DNA of 64,000 bases from Thermoplasmata archaeon (GTDB lineage: Archaea; Thermoplasmatota; Thermoplasmata; Lutacidiplasmatales; UBA184): NCBI GenBank assembly GCA_033854115.1, contig JAWOKS010000027.1, forward strand, positions 17,290-81,289, written 5' to 3'. The translations under genes were made by a program, and so were the position numbers. Each line of letters begins with the position of its first letter. Position 1 is the stretch's first letter. Of this stretch, positions 1 to 8,769 are shown piece by piece. The notes beneath the pieces were generated by a model. It saw nothing but the letters and a program-made list of their open reading frames with translations, was not told where the DNA came from and ran no database searches.

Positions 1-939
1 CGCGTGGTCGTCTTCACCCCGGGCCGCCTTCCTCTTGTCCTCTCGGAGGAGCTCAGCCGGGCGGGAGGCACGCTCGTGGAGGGCGCCCGGTTCGCGGAGC
101 TCGCCCGTCAGCTCGGTCTCGGCACCTGGCTCGGGGAGGAGCCCCGGGCCCCGCCGGTCGAGGAGCGGCGGCTTCTCCCGAGCGCGCTCCAGCTCGACGG
201 CGTGATCCACCGCGCCCGGGTCTGGCTCGAGTGGGGCGTCCCCGCCCTCGCGCTGAGGTTCTACCGCCAGGCGGTCGAGCTGAAGCCCGAGTTCCTCCCC
301 GCGAAGATCGGCCTCGGCCGCGCGCTCCTCGCCCTCGGGCTCACGGAGGAGGCCGACCGCGAGTTCGATGAGGTCCTTGCGAGCCGACCCGAGGACGTCG
401 ACGCGCGCCTCGGGAAGGCCGCCGTCCTTGGGGCCCGCGCCCGCCCGAAGGAGGAGATCGCCCTCTACCGCAAGCTGCTCGAGGAGGACGCTACGCGGGC
501 GGAGGTCCGGGCGCACCTCGTGGCCGCCCTCGTCGACCTCGGAGACTGGGCCGGCGCCCGGGTCGAGATCGAATCGATGCTCGGCCGGACCCCCGAGGAC
601 GCCCAGCTCCGCTTTCTCCACGGCGTGGCCCTCGAGAAGACCGGGAGGGCCGCCCTCGGCCGCACCGACCGGGAGGAGGCGCGCCGCCTCGGCCTCGGCT
701 ACGAGCGGGAGGTGGCGCTCTGCCGTCAGCTCGGCCTCGCCGCGCCCCCCAAGCCGACCGAGCGGCCGGGGAAGCGGCCCGCCGGGGTCGCTCCCGTCGG
801 GGCGCCGCCCTCACGCCCCGGGGCCGGACCGGTCCCCGCACCGCGCACCGCACCGCCCTCGGCCCTGCGACGCCCGCCGAAGGCGCCCGCCGTCTCGAGG
901 ACCGCGTCCCGGAAGCGCCCCACCCGCAAACGTAAGTAG
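1..939 (+). CDS. TPR-repeat protein with Pro/Arg/Lys-rich tail, probably 5' truncated by the window edge
   Basis: Helical repeats (YRQAVELKPEFLPAKIGLGRAL, EVLASRPEDVDARLGKA, MLGRTPEDAQLRFLHGVAL); frame open to window start. Confidence 0.75.
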   Translation, partial: RVVVFTPGRLPLVLSEELSRAGGTLVEGARFAELARQLGLGTWLGEEPRAPPVEERRLLPSALQLDGVIHRARVWLEWGVPALALRFYRQAVELKPEFLPAKIGLGRALLALGLTEEADREFDEVLASRPEDVDARLGKAAVLGARARPKEEIALYRKLLEEDATRAEVRAHLVAALVDLGDWAGARVEIESMLGRTPEDAQLRFLHGVALEKTGRAALGRTDREEARRLGLGYEREVALCRQLGLAAPPKPTERPGKRPAGVAPVGAPPSRPGAGPVPAPRTAPPSALRRPPKAPAVSRTASRKRPTRKRK

Positions 940-973
940 CCCACTCCCGACTCGACCGAGGTCGGGGCCGAGG

Positions 974-1882
974 ATGAGGATCGTATCGGTGCTCCCGAGC
1001 GCGACCGAGATCGTCTGCGCGCTCGGCGCCCGGCGCGAGCTGGTCGGCCGGAGCCAGGAGTGCGACTACCCGGAGACCGTGCTCGACCTGCCCGTCGTGA
1101 TGCGCGCTCGGACCCTGGACGGGGACCGGCCGTCGGGCGAGATCGACCGCCGGGTGCGCGCGTCGCTCACCCGTGGTGAGAGCCTCTACGAGCTCGACCT
1201 CGAGCTCCTCGGTCGCCTGCGGCCAAACCTTCTCTTCACGCAGGACCTCTGCGGGGTCTGTTCGGTGACCGACGCGGAGGTGCGGGCCGCCTGCTCCTCG
1301 GCGGGGATTGCGCCGTCGATCGTCTCGCTCACCCCGCGGACGCTCGAGGAGGTCTGGGGCTCGATCGAACAGGTCGGAAGCGCCCTCGGACGGAGCGACA
1401 CCGCGCGCGAGCTCGCCGACGAGCTCCGGGGGAGGACCGTCCCGGAGCGCTCGGGGAGCGGCGCGCGGATCGCCGTCGTGGAGTGGCTCGATCCCCCGAT
1501 CCTGGCCGGCCTCTGGACCCCGGACATGATCCGGGCCGCGGGAGGCGTCGCCCTCGGCCCCGAGCCGGGTCGGCCCGGGCGGCGGACGACCTGGACCGAG
1601 CTCGCGCGGGAGGGGCCCGACCTCGTGGTCCTCAGCCCGTGCAGCTTCTCCCTCGCGAGGACGGAGCTCGAACTTCGACGCGCGAGGTCGACCGCGCGGG
1701 CGATCTCGGAGCTCGGGCCGACCACCGCGACCTTCCTCGCCGACGAGGCGTACTTCAGCCGGCCCGGCCCGCGCCTCGCCCACGGCGTGGAGCTGCTCCG
1801 TTCGCTCCAGCATGGAGCCCCCGGACCTTTCCCGATGCCCGTCCGCCGCTTCGTTCCACGGGCCGGCGAGGTGGCGGCGTGA
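974..1882 (+). CDS. BtuF/cobalamin-binding-like periplasmic binding protein (helical-backbone type)
   Basis: MRIVSVLPSATEIVCALG...LVGRSQECDYP, TQDLCGVC, EWLDPP, YFSRPGPRL; ATG at 974 inside the longer ORF. Confidence 0.8.
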   Translation: MRIVSVLPSATEIVCALGARRELVGRSQECDYPETVLDLPVVMRARTLDGDRPSGEIDRRVRASLTRGESLYELDLELLGRLRPNLLFTQDLCGVCSVTDAEVRAACSSAGIAPSIVSLTPRTLEEVWGSIEQVGSALGRSDTARELADELRGRTVPERSGSGARIAVVEWLDPPILAGLWTPDMIRAAGGVALGPEPGRPGRRTTWTELAREGPDLVVLSPCSFSLARTELELRRARSTARAISELGPTTATFLADEAYFSRPGPRLAHGVELLRSLQHGAPGPFPMPVRRFVPRAGEVAA

Positions 1883-2589
1883 GCGGGGGCCTGACGTACT
1901 ACTACTCGACCGTCGCACCTCGCCCCCGGTTCGGAGGGTTCTCCACGTCGCGCCAGGAACTCCTCCAGATCGGCCTCGCGTACGTCGTGCTCACGGTCTG
2001 CTTGACGATCATCCTCTCCCAGCACACGATCCTCTTCGGCGGGGCCCAGGCGGAGAGCCTCTCGACGATCTCCCCCTTGCTCGTCGGGATCTCCGCGATC
2101 GCCGCGTTGAGCGGCTTCGTCGCGCACGAGCTCGCCCACAAGTTCGTCGCCCAACGGCGGGGCTTCTGGGCCGAGTTCCGCATGTGGCCGGTCGGCCTCG
2201 TCCTCGCGCTCGTGAGCTCGGTCGTCGGCATCCTCTGGGGCGCGCCCGGCGCCACGATGGTGGGGGGGATGAGCGACGACGACCGCGCCGACTGGGGGCG
2301 CACGAGCGTCGCCGGTCCGCTCACGAACGTCGCGTTCGCCGGGGTCTTCTACGGCGCGGCGATGCTCCTCTTCCGCGCCGGCTCCGACCTCTTCGGCTGG
2401 ATGCTCCTGCTCGCGTGGATCAACGGCTGGTTCGGTACGTTCAACCTTCTCCCGCTCGGCCCCCTCGACGGACGCAAGGTCCTGCGCTGGAGCGTCGGGG
2501 TCTGGATCGCAGCGATCGCGCTCACCGGCGCGATGGCCGTCCTGAGCTACATCGCCTATGCGTACCAGACCCCCTTCCTGAACTTCTGA
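1879..2589 (+). CDS. Site-2 protease family (M50) membrane metallopeptidase
   Basis: HELAH zinc motif, AGPLTN, FNLLPLGPLDG; GTG start overlaps upstream TGA (GTGA). Confidence 0.9.
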   Translation: MSGGLTYYYSTVAPRPRFGGFSTSRQELLQIGLAYVVLTVCLTIILSQHTILFGGAQAESLSTISPLLVGISAIAALSGFVAHELAHKFVAQRRGFWAEFRMWPVGLVLALVSSVVGILWGAPGATMVGGMSDDDRADWGRTSVAGPLTNVAFAGVFYGAAMLLFRAGSDLFGWMLLLAWINGWFGTFNLLPLGPLDGRKVLRWSVGVWIAAIALTGAMAVLSYIAYAYQTPFLNF

Positions 2590-2601
2590 GGGAGCACCGT
2601 C

Positions 2602-3537
2602 ATGCCCGGACCCCGCGTGGTGGACCTGGGACAGGACCGTCGGCTGCTCGACCTCGACTTCCGGGACACCGAGGGGCTGGTCGCGGCCTATCTGCTCCCG
2701 GAGCCCGAGGGCTGGGCGCTCGTGGAGACCGGGCCGACGACCTGCCGCGCCGCGCTCCTCCGCGGGATCGCGGCGGCGGGCGTCGAGCGGACGGAGGTGA
2801 AGGACGTCCTCGTCACCCACATCCACCTGGACCATGCGGGCGGGGTGGGAGCCCTCGCGGACGAGCTACCGCGCGCCCGCTTCCACGTCCACGAGGTCGG
2901 CGCCCCCCATCTCGCCGACCCGTCCCGCCTCCTCGTGAGCGCCCGCCGGGTCTGGGGCGAGGCGATGGACCGCCTCTGGGGCCCCGTGCTGCCCGTTCCC
3001 GCGACGCGTCTACATCCGCTGCACGGAGGGGAGTCGCTCCCTCTGCGGGGGGGTGAGCTCCGGGTCCTCGCGACACCGGGCCACGCCAAGCATCATCTCG
3101 CATTCTTTGACTCGGGCATCCAGGCGGTCCTCACCGGCGACGGAGCCGGTGTTCGCCTGGAGCACTCCTCCCGACTGCGACCGGCCGTTCCGCCTCCCGA
3201 CCTCGACCTCGACCAACTGTTCGCGAGCCTCGAGGTGATGCGGCGGACGAACCCCCGCCTCGTCCTGCTCAGCCACTTCGGTCCCACGCCCGAGGGGGCC
3301 CGCGACCTCGTGCGCTACCGGACCGTGGTCGAACAATGGCGCGAGGTTGCCCTCGAGGCCGCTCGCGAGCGGCCCGAGGCGGACTGGATCGCGCGGAAGC
3401 TTCGCGAGCTCGAGGAGACGACCACGTCCCCCGACCCGCGCGACCAGGCCTCGATGGTCTCGGGTTACGAGGTCGCGGCCCAGGGCTTCCTCCGCTACTT
3501 CCAGACGCACGGCGAGCTCCCCGGGGCGAACGCGTGA
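2602..3537 (+). CDS. MBL-fold metallo-hydrolase
   Basis: THIHLDHAGG, TPGHAKHH, TGD, SHFG motifs. Confidence 0.9.
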   Translation: MPGPRVVDLGQDRRLLDLDFRDTEGLVAAYLLPEPEGWALVETGPTTCRAALLRGIAAAGVERTEVKDVLVTHIHLDHAGGVGALADELPRARFHVHEVGAPHLADPSRLLVSARRVWGEAMDRLWGPVLPVPATRLHPLHGGESLPLRGGELRVLATPGHAKHHLAFFDSGIQAVLTGDGAGVRLEHSSRLRPAVPPPDLDLDQLFASLEVMRRTNPRLVLLSHFGPTPEGARDLVRYRTVVEQWREVALEAARERPEADWIARKLRELEETTTSPDPRDQASMVSGYEVAAQGFLRYFQTHGELPGANA

Positions 3538-4790
3538 CCGACGTCGACCCGCGGTCGCGGGCGGTGGCAGCGGGGACCCTCATGTTCGCCCGCACGGTCT
3601 ACGCGTTCAACTGGTACAACATCGGCGGGGTCCTGCCGCTCATCGGGACCCGGTTCGGGATCGGGACGGTCGAGTTCGGGATCCTCCTGGTCGCGTTCCT
3701 CGTGGGGGCCGCGATCTTCCAGATACCGGCAGGCTTCGCCGCGATGCGCTGGGGGAGCCGGGCGACCTCGGTCGCGGCGCTCGCCGTGATGGCCGCCTGC
3801 GCGTGCGCGTCGGCGGTCTCGCCGAACTGGATCGTGCTCGCCGCCTTCCGGTTCGGCACCGGGGCGGGGGCCGCGTTCTTCTTCGCCCCCGCGCTCGGGC
3901 TCGTGACCGCTTACTTCCCGAGCGGCCAGCGCGGGGTCGTCATCGGCGCCTACAACGCCGGGTTCAGCCTCGGATCCGGGGTCGGCGTCATCGTGAGCGC
4001 CGTGCTCGGCGAGCTCTACGGGTGGGCCGTCCCGCTCGCGCTCGGCGGCGCGCTCCTCGTGATCGCGACCGGCCTCGCGTGGGTCCTCCTGCCTCGCCCC
4101 TCGACCGAAGGCATGGGGCGGAACTTCGGGGAGGTGGCGCGCGCGGCCCGTCCGGTCCTCCGCTCGCGGACCCTCTGGGCGGTCGGGCTCGCGGGGATCG
4201 GTCTCTGGGGAGGGTTCTACATCGCGGCGCAGTACTTCGTCGCGTTCGCGCGCGACGTGCATCCGACCTGGAGCCTCGCTCTCGCTGCGGCCGCCCCGAC
4301 CTTGATGATCTTCCTCGAGATCCCCGGGGCGCCGATCGGAGGATGGTTCGGGGAGCGGGCACGGGACATGCGACGCACGCTCGCGCTCTGGGGCCTCGCG
4401 AGCGGAGCGCTGCTCGCGGCCGTACCGTTCCTGCCGTTCGACCTCATCGTACCGGCGTTCGTCCTGCTCGGGTTCGCCTGCGGGCTCACCTTCGCGCTCC
4501 TCTACCTGCTCCCGACGTACCTTCCCGAGGTCCGGGGGGATGCGATGGCGCTCGGTCTCGCCCTCGTGAACTCGGTCCAGATCTTCGGGGGCAGTGCGAT
4601 GGCGATCGCCTTCGCGGTCCTTGCGGCCGGCGTGGGCTACGAGGGAGCCTGGATCTTCGCGGGCGTGGCTACCGCCGCGTTCCTGCCCGCCCTCGCCCTC
4701 GCGTCGGCCCCGGGGCGTTCGCGCGGTGCGAGGGCCGGGGACGAGGGTGCTCCGACCCCCCCGGCCCTTCCGTCAGGTCGACTAGGGTGA
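3534..4790 (+). CDS. MFS transporter
   Basis: About 12 hydrophobic segments, QIPAG...RWGSR loop motif; GTG at 3534 overlaps upstream stop. Confidence 0.85.
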   Translation: MTDVDPRSRAVAAGTLMFARTVYAFNWYNIGGVLPLIGTRFGIGTVEFGILLVAFLVGAAIFQIPAGFAAMRWGSRATSVAALAVMAACACASAVSPNWIVLAAFRFGTGAGAAFFFAPALGLVTAYFPSGQRGVVIGAYNAGFSLGSGVGVIVSAVLGELYGWAVPLALGGALLVIATGLAWVLLPRPSTEGMGRNFGEVARAARPVLRSRTLWAVGLAGIGLWGGFYIAAQYFVAFARDVHPTWSLALAAAAPTLMIFLEIPGAPIGGWFGERARDMRRTLALWGLASGALLAAVPFLPFDLIVPAFVLLGFACGLTFALLYLLPTYLPEVRGDAMALGLALVNSVQIFGGSAMAIAFAVLAAGVGYEGAWIFAGVATAAFLPALALASAPGRSRGARAGDEGAPTPPALPSGRLG

Positions 4791-6183
4791 GCAGGTTCGT
4801 CGGACGGCCCTCGACCGGGTAGCCGGCGGTCAACACCGCCACCCCTCCCTTCGGGAACCCGAGCTCGCGCGCGAGCTCCCGCGTCGCCACGCTGAGGTGC
4901 TGCAGCTGGCTGTGCGGGAGCGCCGGTCGGCCCAGGACCCCGCTCACGAGGCGAAGCTGGCGGCGCACGTGGGGGGAGCTCGACATCGCCACCACGGGGC
5001 AGTTCGGCCGGAGGGCGGCGACGAGACGGGCGGTCCGTCCCGAATGGGTAGGCGTCGCGATCACTCGGGCCTCGACCGCTTCCGCGAGGGTGACGGCGGC
5101 GCGCGCCACCGCGCGGTCCGGCTCGGTGCCGGCGAGGCGGGCGCGCGCTTCCCGGAGCGCGCGCGGGTCGAAGGCGGGCTCGGTCGCCTCGGCGATGCGG
5201 GCGAGCCACCTCACCGATTCGAAGGGGTACTCCCCGATCGCGGTCTCGTCGCTCAGCATCAGAACGTCCGCGCCGTCGAGCACCGCGTTGGCCACGTCCG
5301 TGGCCTCCGCCCGCGTGGGTCGCGAGGAGGTGAGCATGCTGAGCAGCATCTGCGTCGCCACGATCGCGAACTTCCCTGCGAGGTTGGCCTCGAGCACGAG
5401 GCGCTTCTGCTCGAGCGCGAGCTTCTCGAGCGGCAGGCTGAGGCCGAGGTCGCCCCGCGCCACCATGATGCCGTCGGACGCTGCGAGGATGCCGTCGATC
5501 GCCTCGAGCGCCTCGGGTCGCTCGATCTTGGCGATCACGCCGACCGGCCTCGAGGGGGCCACGTCCCCGAGCCAGCGTCGGACCTCGAGGACGTCCCGGG
5601 CCGAGCGTACGAACGAGAGCGCGAGGAAGTCCACGCCCTCGGTCACCGCCTCGAGGGCCGCCGTGCGGTCGCTCTTCGCGAACCAGGAGCCCCGGAACCG
5701 CGCGTGCGGGAGGTGAACGCCCGAGTGGGACGCGACGAGACCCCCGTGCACGACCGTGGTGTCCACACCGCCCGAGGCCACCCGATGGACCCGGAGCTCG
5801 ACACGTCCATCTCCGAGAAGGACCACATCCCCGGGGCGGCTGCCGACCCAGAACCTCGGAAGCTCGACCCCGACCCGGCGACCGTCGCCCGGGGCGGGCT
5901 CGGAGTCAAGGCGCCAGGGTCGGCCGGGGACGAGGCGGAGGGGGGACGTGGCGAGCTCCCCGAGGCGGAGCTTGGGTCCCGGCACGTCCGCGACGATCGC
6001 GAGCTCGGTGTGCTCCTCGCGCGTAACGGAACGGATCCGCTCGAGCACGGTCCGGTGCGTGGCGGTCGTTCCGTGGGAAAGGTTGAGGCGGAACGCGTCG
6101 ACCCCCGCTCGGACGAGCTCTCGAATCCCTTCCTTCGAGTCGCACGCGGGGCCCACCGTGGCGAGGATCCGGGTTCGACGCAC
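4669..6183 (-). CDS. pyk: Pyruvate kinase
   Basis: RTRILATVGPA, FRLNLSHG, IAKIE, IMVARGDLG, ATQML, PTRAEATDVANAVLDGAD. Confidence 0.95.
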   Translation of the reverse strand: MRRTRILATVGPACDSKEGIRELVRAGVDAFRLNLSHGTTATHRTVLERIRSVTREEHTELAIVADVPGPKLRLGELATSPLRLVPGRPWRLDSEPAPGDGRRVGVELPRFWVGSRPGDVVLLGDGRVELRVHRVASGGVDTTVVHGGLVASHSGVHLPHARFRGSWFAKSDRTAALEAVTEGVDFLALSFVRSARDVLEVRRWLGDVAPSRPVGVIAKIERPEALEAIDGILAASDGIMVARGDLGLSLPLEKLALEQKRLVLEANLAGKFAIVATQMLLSMLTSSRPTRAEATDVANAVLDGADVLMLSDETAIGEYPFESVRWLARIAEATEPAFDPRALREARARLAGTEPDRAVARAAVTLAEAVEARVIATPTHSGRTARLVAALRPNCPVVAMSSSPHVRRQLRLVSGVLGRPALPHSQLQHLSVATRELARELGFPKGGVAVLTAGYPVEGRPTNLLTLVDLTEGPGGSEHPRPRPSHRANAPGPTRGRGRAGTRR

Positions 6184-6258
6184 GGAGGTCGAGCGAGCCG
6201 GGACACTTAGCGGTGGGGGAGCCTGTGAGTTCTTGTACCGGGCCCCGTTGTTCAGCCC

Positions 6259-6331
6259 AGCCCCGTGGTGTAGTGGCCAAGCATGCTGGCCTTTGGAGCC
6301 GGCGACAGCGGTTCGAATCCGCTCGGGGCTA
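6259..6331 (+). tRNA. tRNA-Gln(UUG), no intron, CCA not encoded
   Basis: AGCCCCG/CGGGGCT acceptor stem (A1:U72, typical of archaeal tRNA-Gln); anticodon arm CTGGC-CTTTGGA-GCCGG; T-loop GGTTCGAATCC. Confidence 0.95.
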
Positions 6332-6340
6332 AATTAAAGT
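6331..6340 (+). promoter_or_regulatory. Putative TATA box of the toxin-antitoxin operon
   Basis: AT-rich AAATTAAAGT about 25-30 bp upstream of ATG 6365 in GC-rich DNA, directly abutting the tRNA 3' end. Confidence 0.45.
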
Positions 6341-6364
6341 AATGTGCATGTCGTGGGCCTCACG

Positions 6365-6586
6365 ATGCCTGCCGATCGGATGACTTCCATCTCCGTTCAT
6401 GCCTCCACCCTGAGGATGCTGAAACCGTTCAAGAAGGGCGACATGACGTGGGACGACGTGCTGATCGACTTCATCGAGGAACATATCCCCAAAGAGTTCG
6501 TACGGGCGATGGTCGCGGCCGCAGAGAAAGGGCCCGGGATCCCTTTCGACGAGGTGTACGAGGAGCACGTTCGCCGGAGGCACTAG
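6365..6586 (+). CDS. Putative antitoxin (archaeal ribbon-helix-helix-like)
   Basis: Small ORF TSISVHASTLRMLKPFKKGDMTWDDVLIDFIE with acidic tail, 3 bp upstream of a RelE-like gene. Confidence 0.65.
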   Translation: MPADRMTSISVHASTLRMLKPFKKGDMTWDDVLIDFIEEHIPKEFVRAMVAAAEKGPGIPFDEVYEEHVRRRH

Positions 6587-6589
6587 AGC

Positions 6590-6874
6590 GTGCCCACCGC
6601 CGAAATGACGCACGAGGCGCGACGCCAGTTTCTGTCTCTGCCGGCTGAGGTTGCGGATCGTTTCAAAGAGCTCGCCGATCACCTCAAGACAAGTCCCCTC
6701 CGGCTTGCGCCCTGGTTTGACGTCAAGGCGACTGGTCGGGAACGAGGAAGTGAGGTCTTTCGGGCCAGAGTGGGGGAGTATCGTGCGACGTACGTCTTCG
6801 ACGGCGAGATCGTTCGCTTCACCCGGTTCCGTTTGCGCAAGGACATCGGGTACGCAGCCTTGCCGAAGTCGTAG
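6590..6874 (+). CDS. RelE/ParE-family toxin
   Basis: 94 aa with FRARVGEYRATYVFD and basic C-terminus RLRKDIGY. Confidence 0.8.
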   Translation: MPTAEMTHEARRQFLSLPAEVADRFKELADHLKTSPLRLAPWFDVKATGRERGSEVFRARVGEYRATYVFDGEIVRFTRFRLRKDIGYAALPKS

Positions 6875-6983
6875 GATACGACAGCTCTCCTGGCTCCGCC
6901 CGGGTGAGTTCTCCAAGTGATCCGAACCGTGGCACGGACCGGGGGGAGCAACGGGCGGGTTCTACTCGGGGTCGAACAGACCG

Positions 6984-7946
6984 TCAAGGGGCGACCGGAG
7001 TACCAGGCGATGCACCGCTTTCCGCGAACCGTTGAAGTGTTTCGCGGGCCCTACATCTGAGCTCGGGTCGCGGCAGGGCGGCAAGAGCTCGAAGGGGCAG
7101 CACGCGGGCCCAGTCGCGGACCATCTCCGAGCCCAGGCAATAGCCGGTCTCGATGTGGCCGCCGATGTTGTACCAGGAGCCGAAGTACGGACGGAGCGAC
7201 TTTCTCGCGGTCACGTCCTTCAGGAACTTCCTCGCAAGCCAAGCGCGCTTCCGCTCACACCAAGAGAGCCAGTCACGCCTCCCCGTACGCAACGCGAACA
7301 ACCGGGGCTCTAGCTTCCTTTCACAGTAGGTGGCAAACCCCTCCTCGTAGAGCTTCCACCAGGGGTCGGAGCGGTCCTCCCACCGTTCCCCGCGCCACTC
7401 CTGATGCGTGAGGTGGGCTACCTCGTGAGCGACTATCCGGCGAGACCACCCATCCCCACCCCGGTGGTTTTCGGCGGCATTCTCCAGCCCGAAGAGGCAC
7501 GCCGGGCGTCCTTCGTAAGAGGTGGCCCAGCCTGCGCCGCAACTGATCCCCACGTAGATCACGAAACTGACCGGGAACTGGAGGTCCAGGACCCTCCGGG
7601 CACGCGCCCAACTGCGCGGGAGGGACTTGAGAAGGTCACGATGGAGCTGCCTCATCCGACCAAGACGGCTCGGCAAGCGATGGAATACATGGTGTCGTGC
7701 GACCCTTTTCCAGTCCACGCCGTCGCGGATGTAGCTCTCCTTCTGCTTCGCGAGAAGCTCAGGGCAAGGTCGCATGTACTCCACTTCCCAGCGCGCGACT
7801 TGGCGGGCAGGGGGGTCGATGCGCGCGCTCTGCCAGAAACTCTCGAAAGCGGGGAAGGCATCCACGATGTTCGGACCCGCCGTCGCACGAGTGGGTGTCA
7901 CGGGCTCTGACCCCGGTTCGGGTTCCCGCATGACCTGCCCGCCCAA
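6984..7946 (-). CDS. Putative zinc metallopeptidase (DUF2268-like, gluzincin-type)
   Basis: IVAHEVAH followed about 20 aa later by YEEGFA; late GYCLG motif; start may be the ATG near 7931. Confidence 0.6.
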   Translation of the reverse strand: MGGQVMREPEPGSEPVTPTRATAGPNIVDAFPAFESFWQSARIDPPARQVARWEVEYMRPCPELLAKQKESYIRDGVDWKRVARHHVFHRLPSRLGRMRQLHRDLLKSLPRSWARARRVLDLQFPVSFVIYVGISCGAGWATSYEGRPACLFGLENAAENHRGGDGWSRRIVAHEVAHLTHQEWRGERWEDRSDPWWKLYEEGFATYCERKLEPRLFALRTGRRDWLSWCERKRAWLARKFLKDVTARKSLRPYFGSWYNIGGHIETGYCLGSEMVRDWARVLPLRALAALPRPELRCRARETLQRFAESGASPGTPVAP

Positions 7947-8030
7947 GAGTCCGCTCCCGGCCGGAGCCAGGGGGTTGACTGTGAGTATACCGTGGTTTCA
8001 CGCCTCAGGCCCTGCGGGGCTAGCGACGAC

Positions 8031-8492
8031 TGCTTCCTCACGCTCGGGACGGGGTAGCCGCCCACGCCGGAGCTCTTCATCGCGAGCGATTTGGCCTGCG
8101 CGCTGGGGACCGTCGGGGGCCCGCTCTTCCCCCACGCCTTCGCCGCGGGTCTCGTGGCGGCCGCGTTCCTGGCACTCGTGGTGATCTCGCTCAGCAGTGC
8201 GTAGGGGTTCCCGGAGGCGATGGGCATCCCGCGAGACCGAGCGTTCTGGTGCTACTCCCTCGAGAGCGCCCCGCCCGTCGTCGTGTCGCTGCTGCTTTCC
8301 CATCCCCTTGCGCTCGTGCTGGACCTGTTGGCAGCCCTCGTCTTCGTCCTCATCGGGCCGGCTGTCGTCGTGGGGCTGCTGGCCGTGGATCCGCGGGTGA
8401 TGCACGAGCATGCATCCACCGTGCCTTGGAGGCTCGCCCATCGGACCGGTCTCGCTTCGGTGATCGCCTACGGGGTTGTCGCCCTCGCCTAG
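8031..8492 (+). pseudogene. C-terminal remnant of an Nramp/MntH-like divalent metal transporter
   Basis: One frame reads LTLGTG*PPTPELF...GLVAAAFLALVVISLSSA*GFPEAMGIPRDRAFW...; TAG stops at 8055 and 8202; N-terminal part absent; family call from recalled similarity. Confidence 0.55.
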
Positions 8493-8769
8493 GTCGCCGG
8501 AGGCGAACCACGCAACCCTCGCGGGGTCGGTTCGACGGGCCGCGCGCGGCGGGCCCTGCTTCCGGCTGCAATCTCGGGGGCCAAGCCCTCGCGACGTCAG
8601 GGGTGTTCGGCCAAGTGAAAGGCCGCCCGTCCCTTCTTTCCCGCGCACGAGCTTATCTATCTGGAACCGACTCGCGGCTCGTGGGACGCGTCGACGCTGC
8701 CGCGAAGGCGAGGGCCCGGTCGCGCCGGGGCCGCGCCGATCGGAGGTCCCCTCCCGAGCGGGGTCCGCT

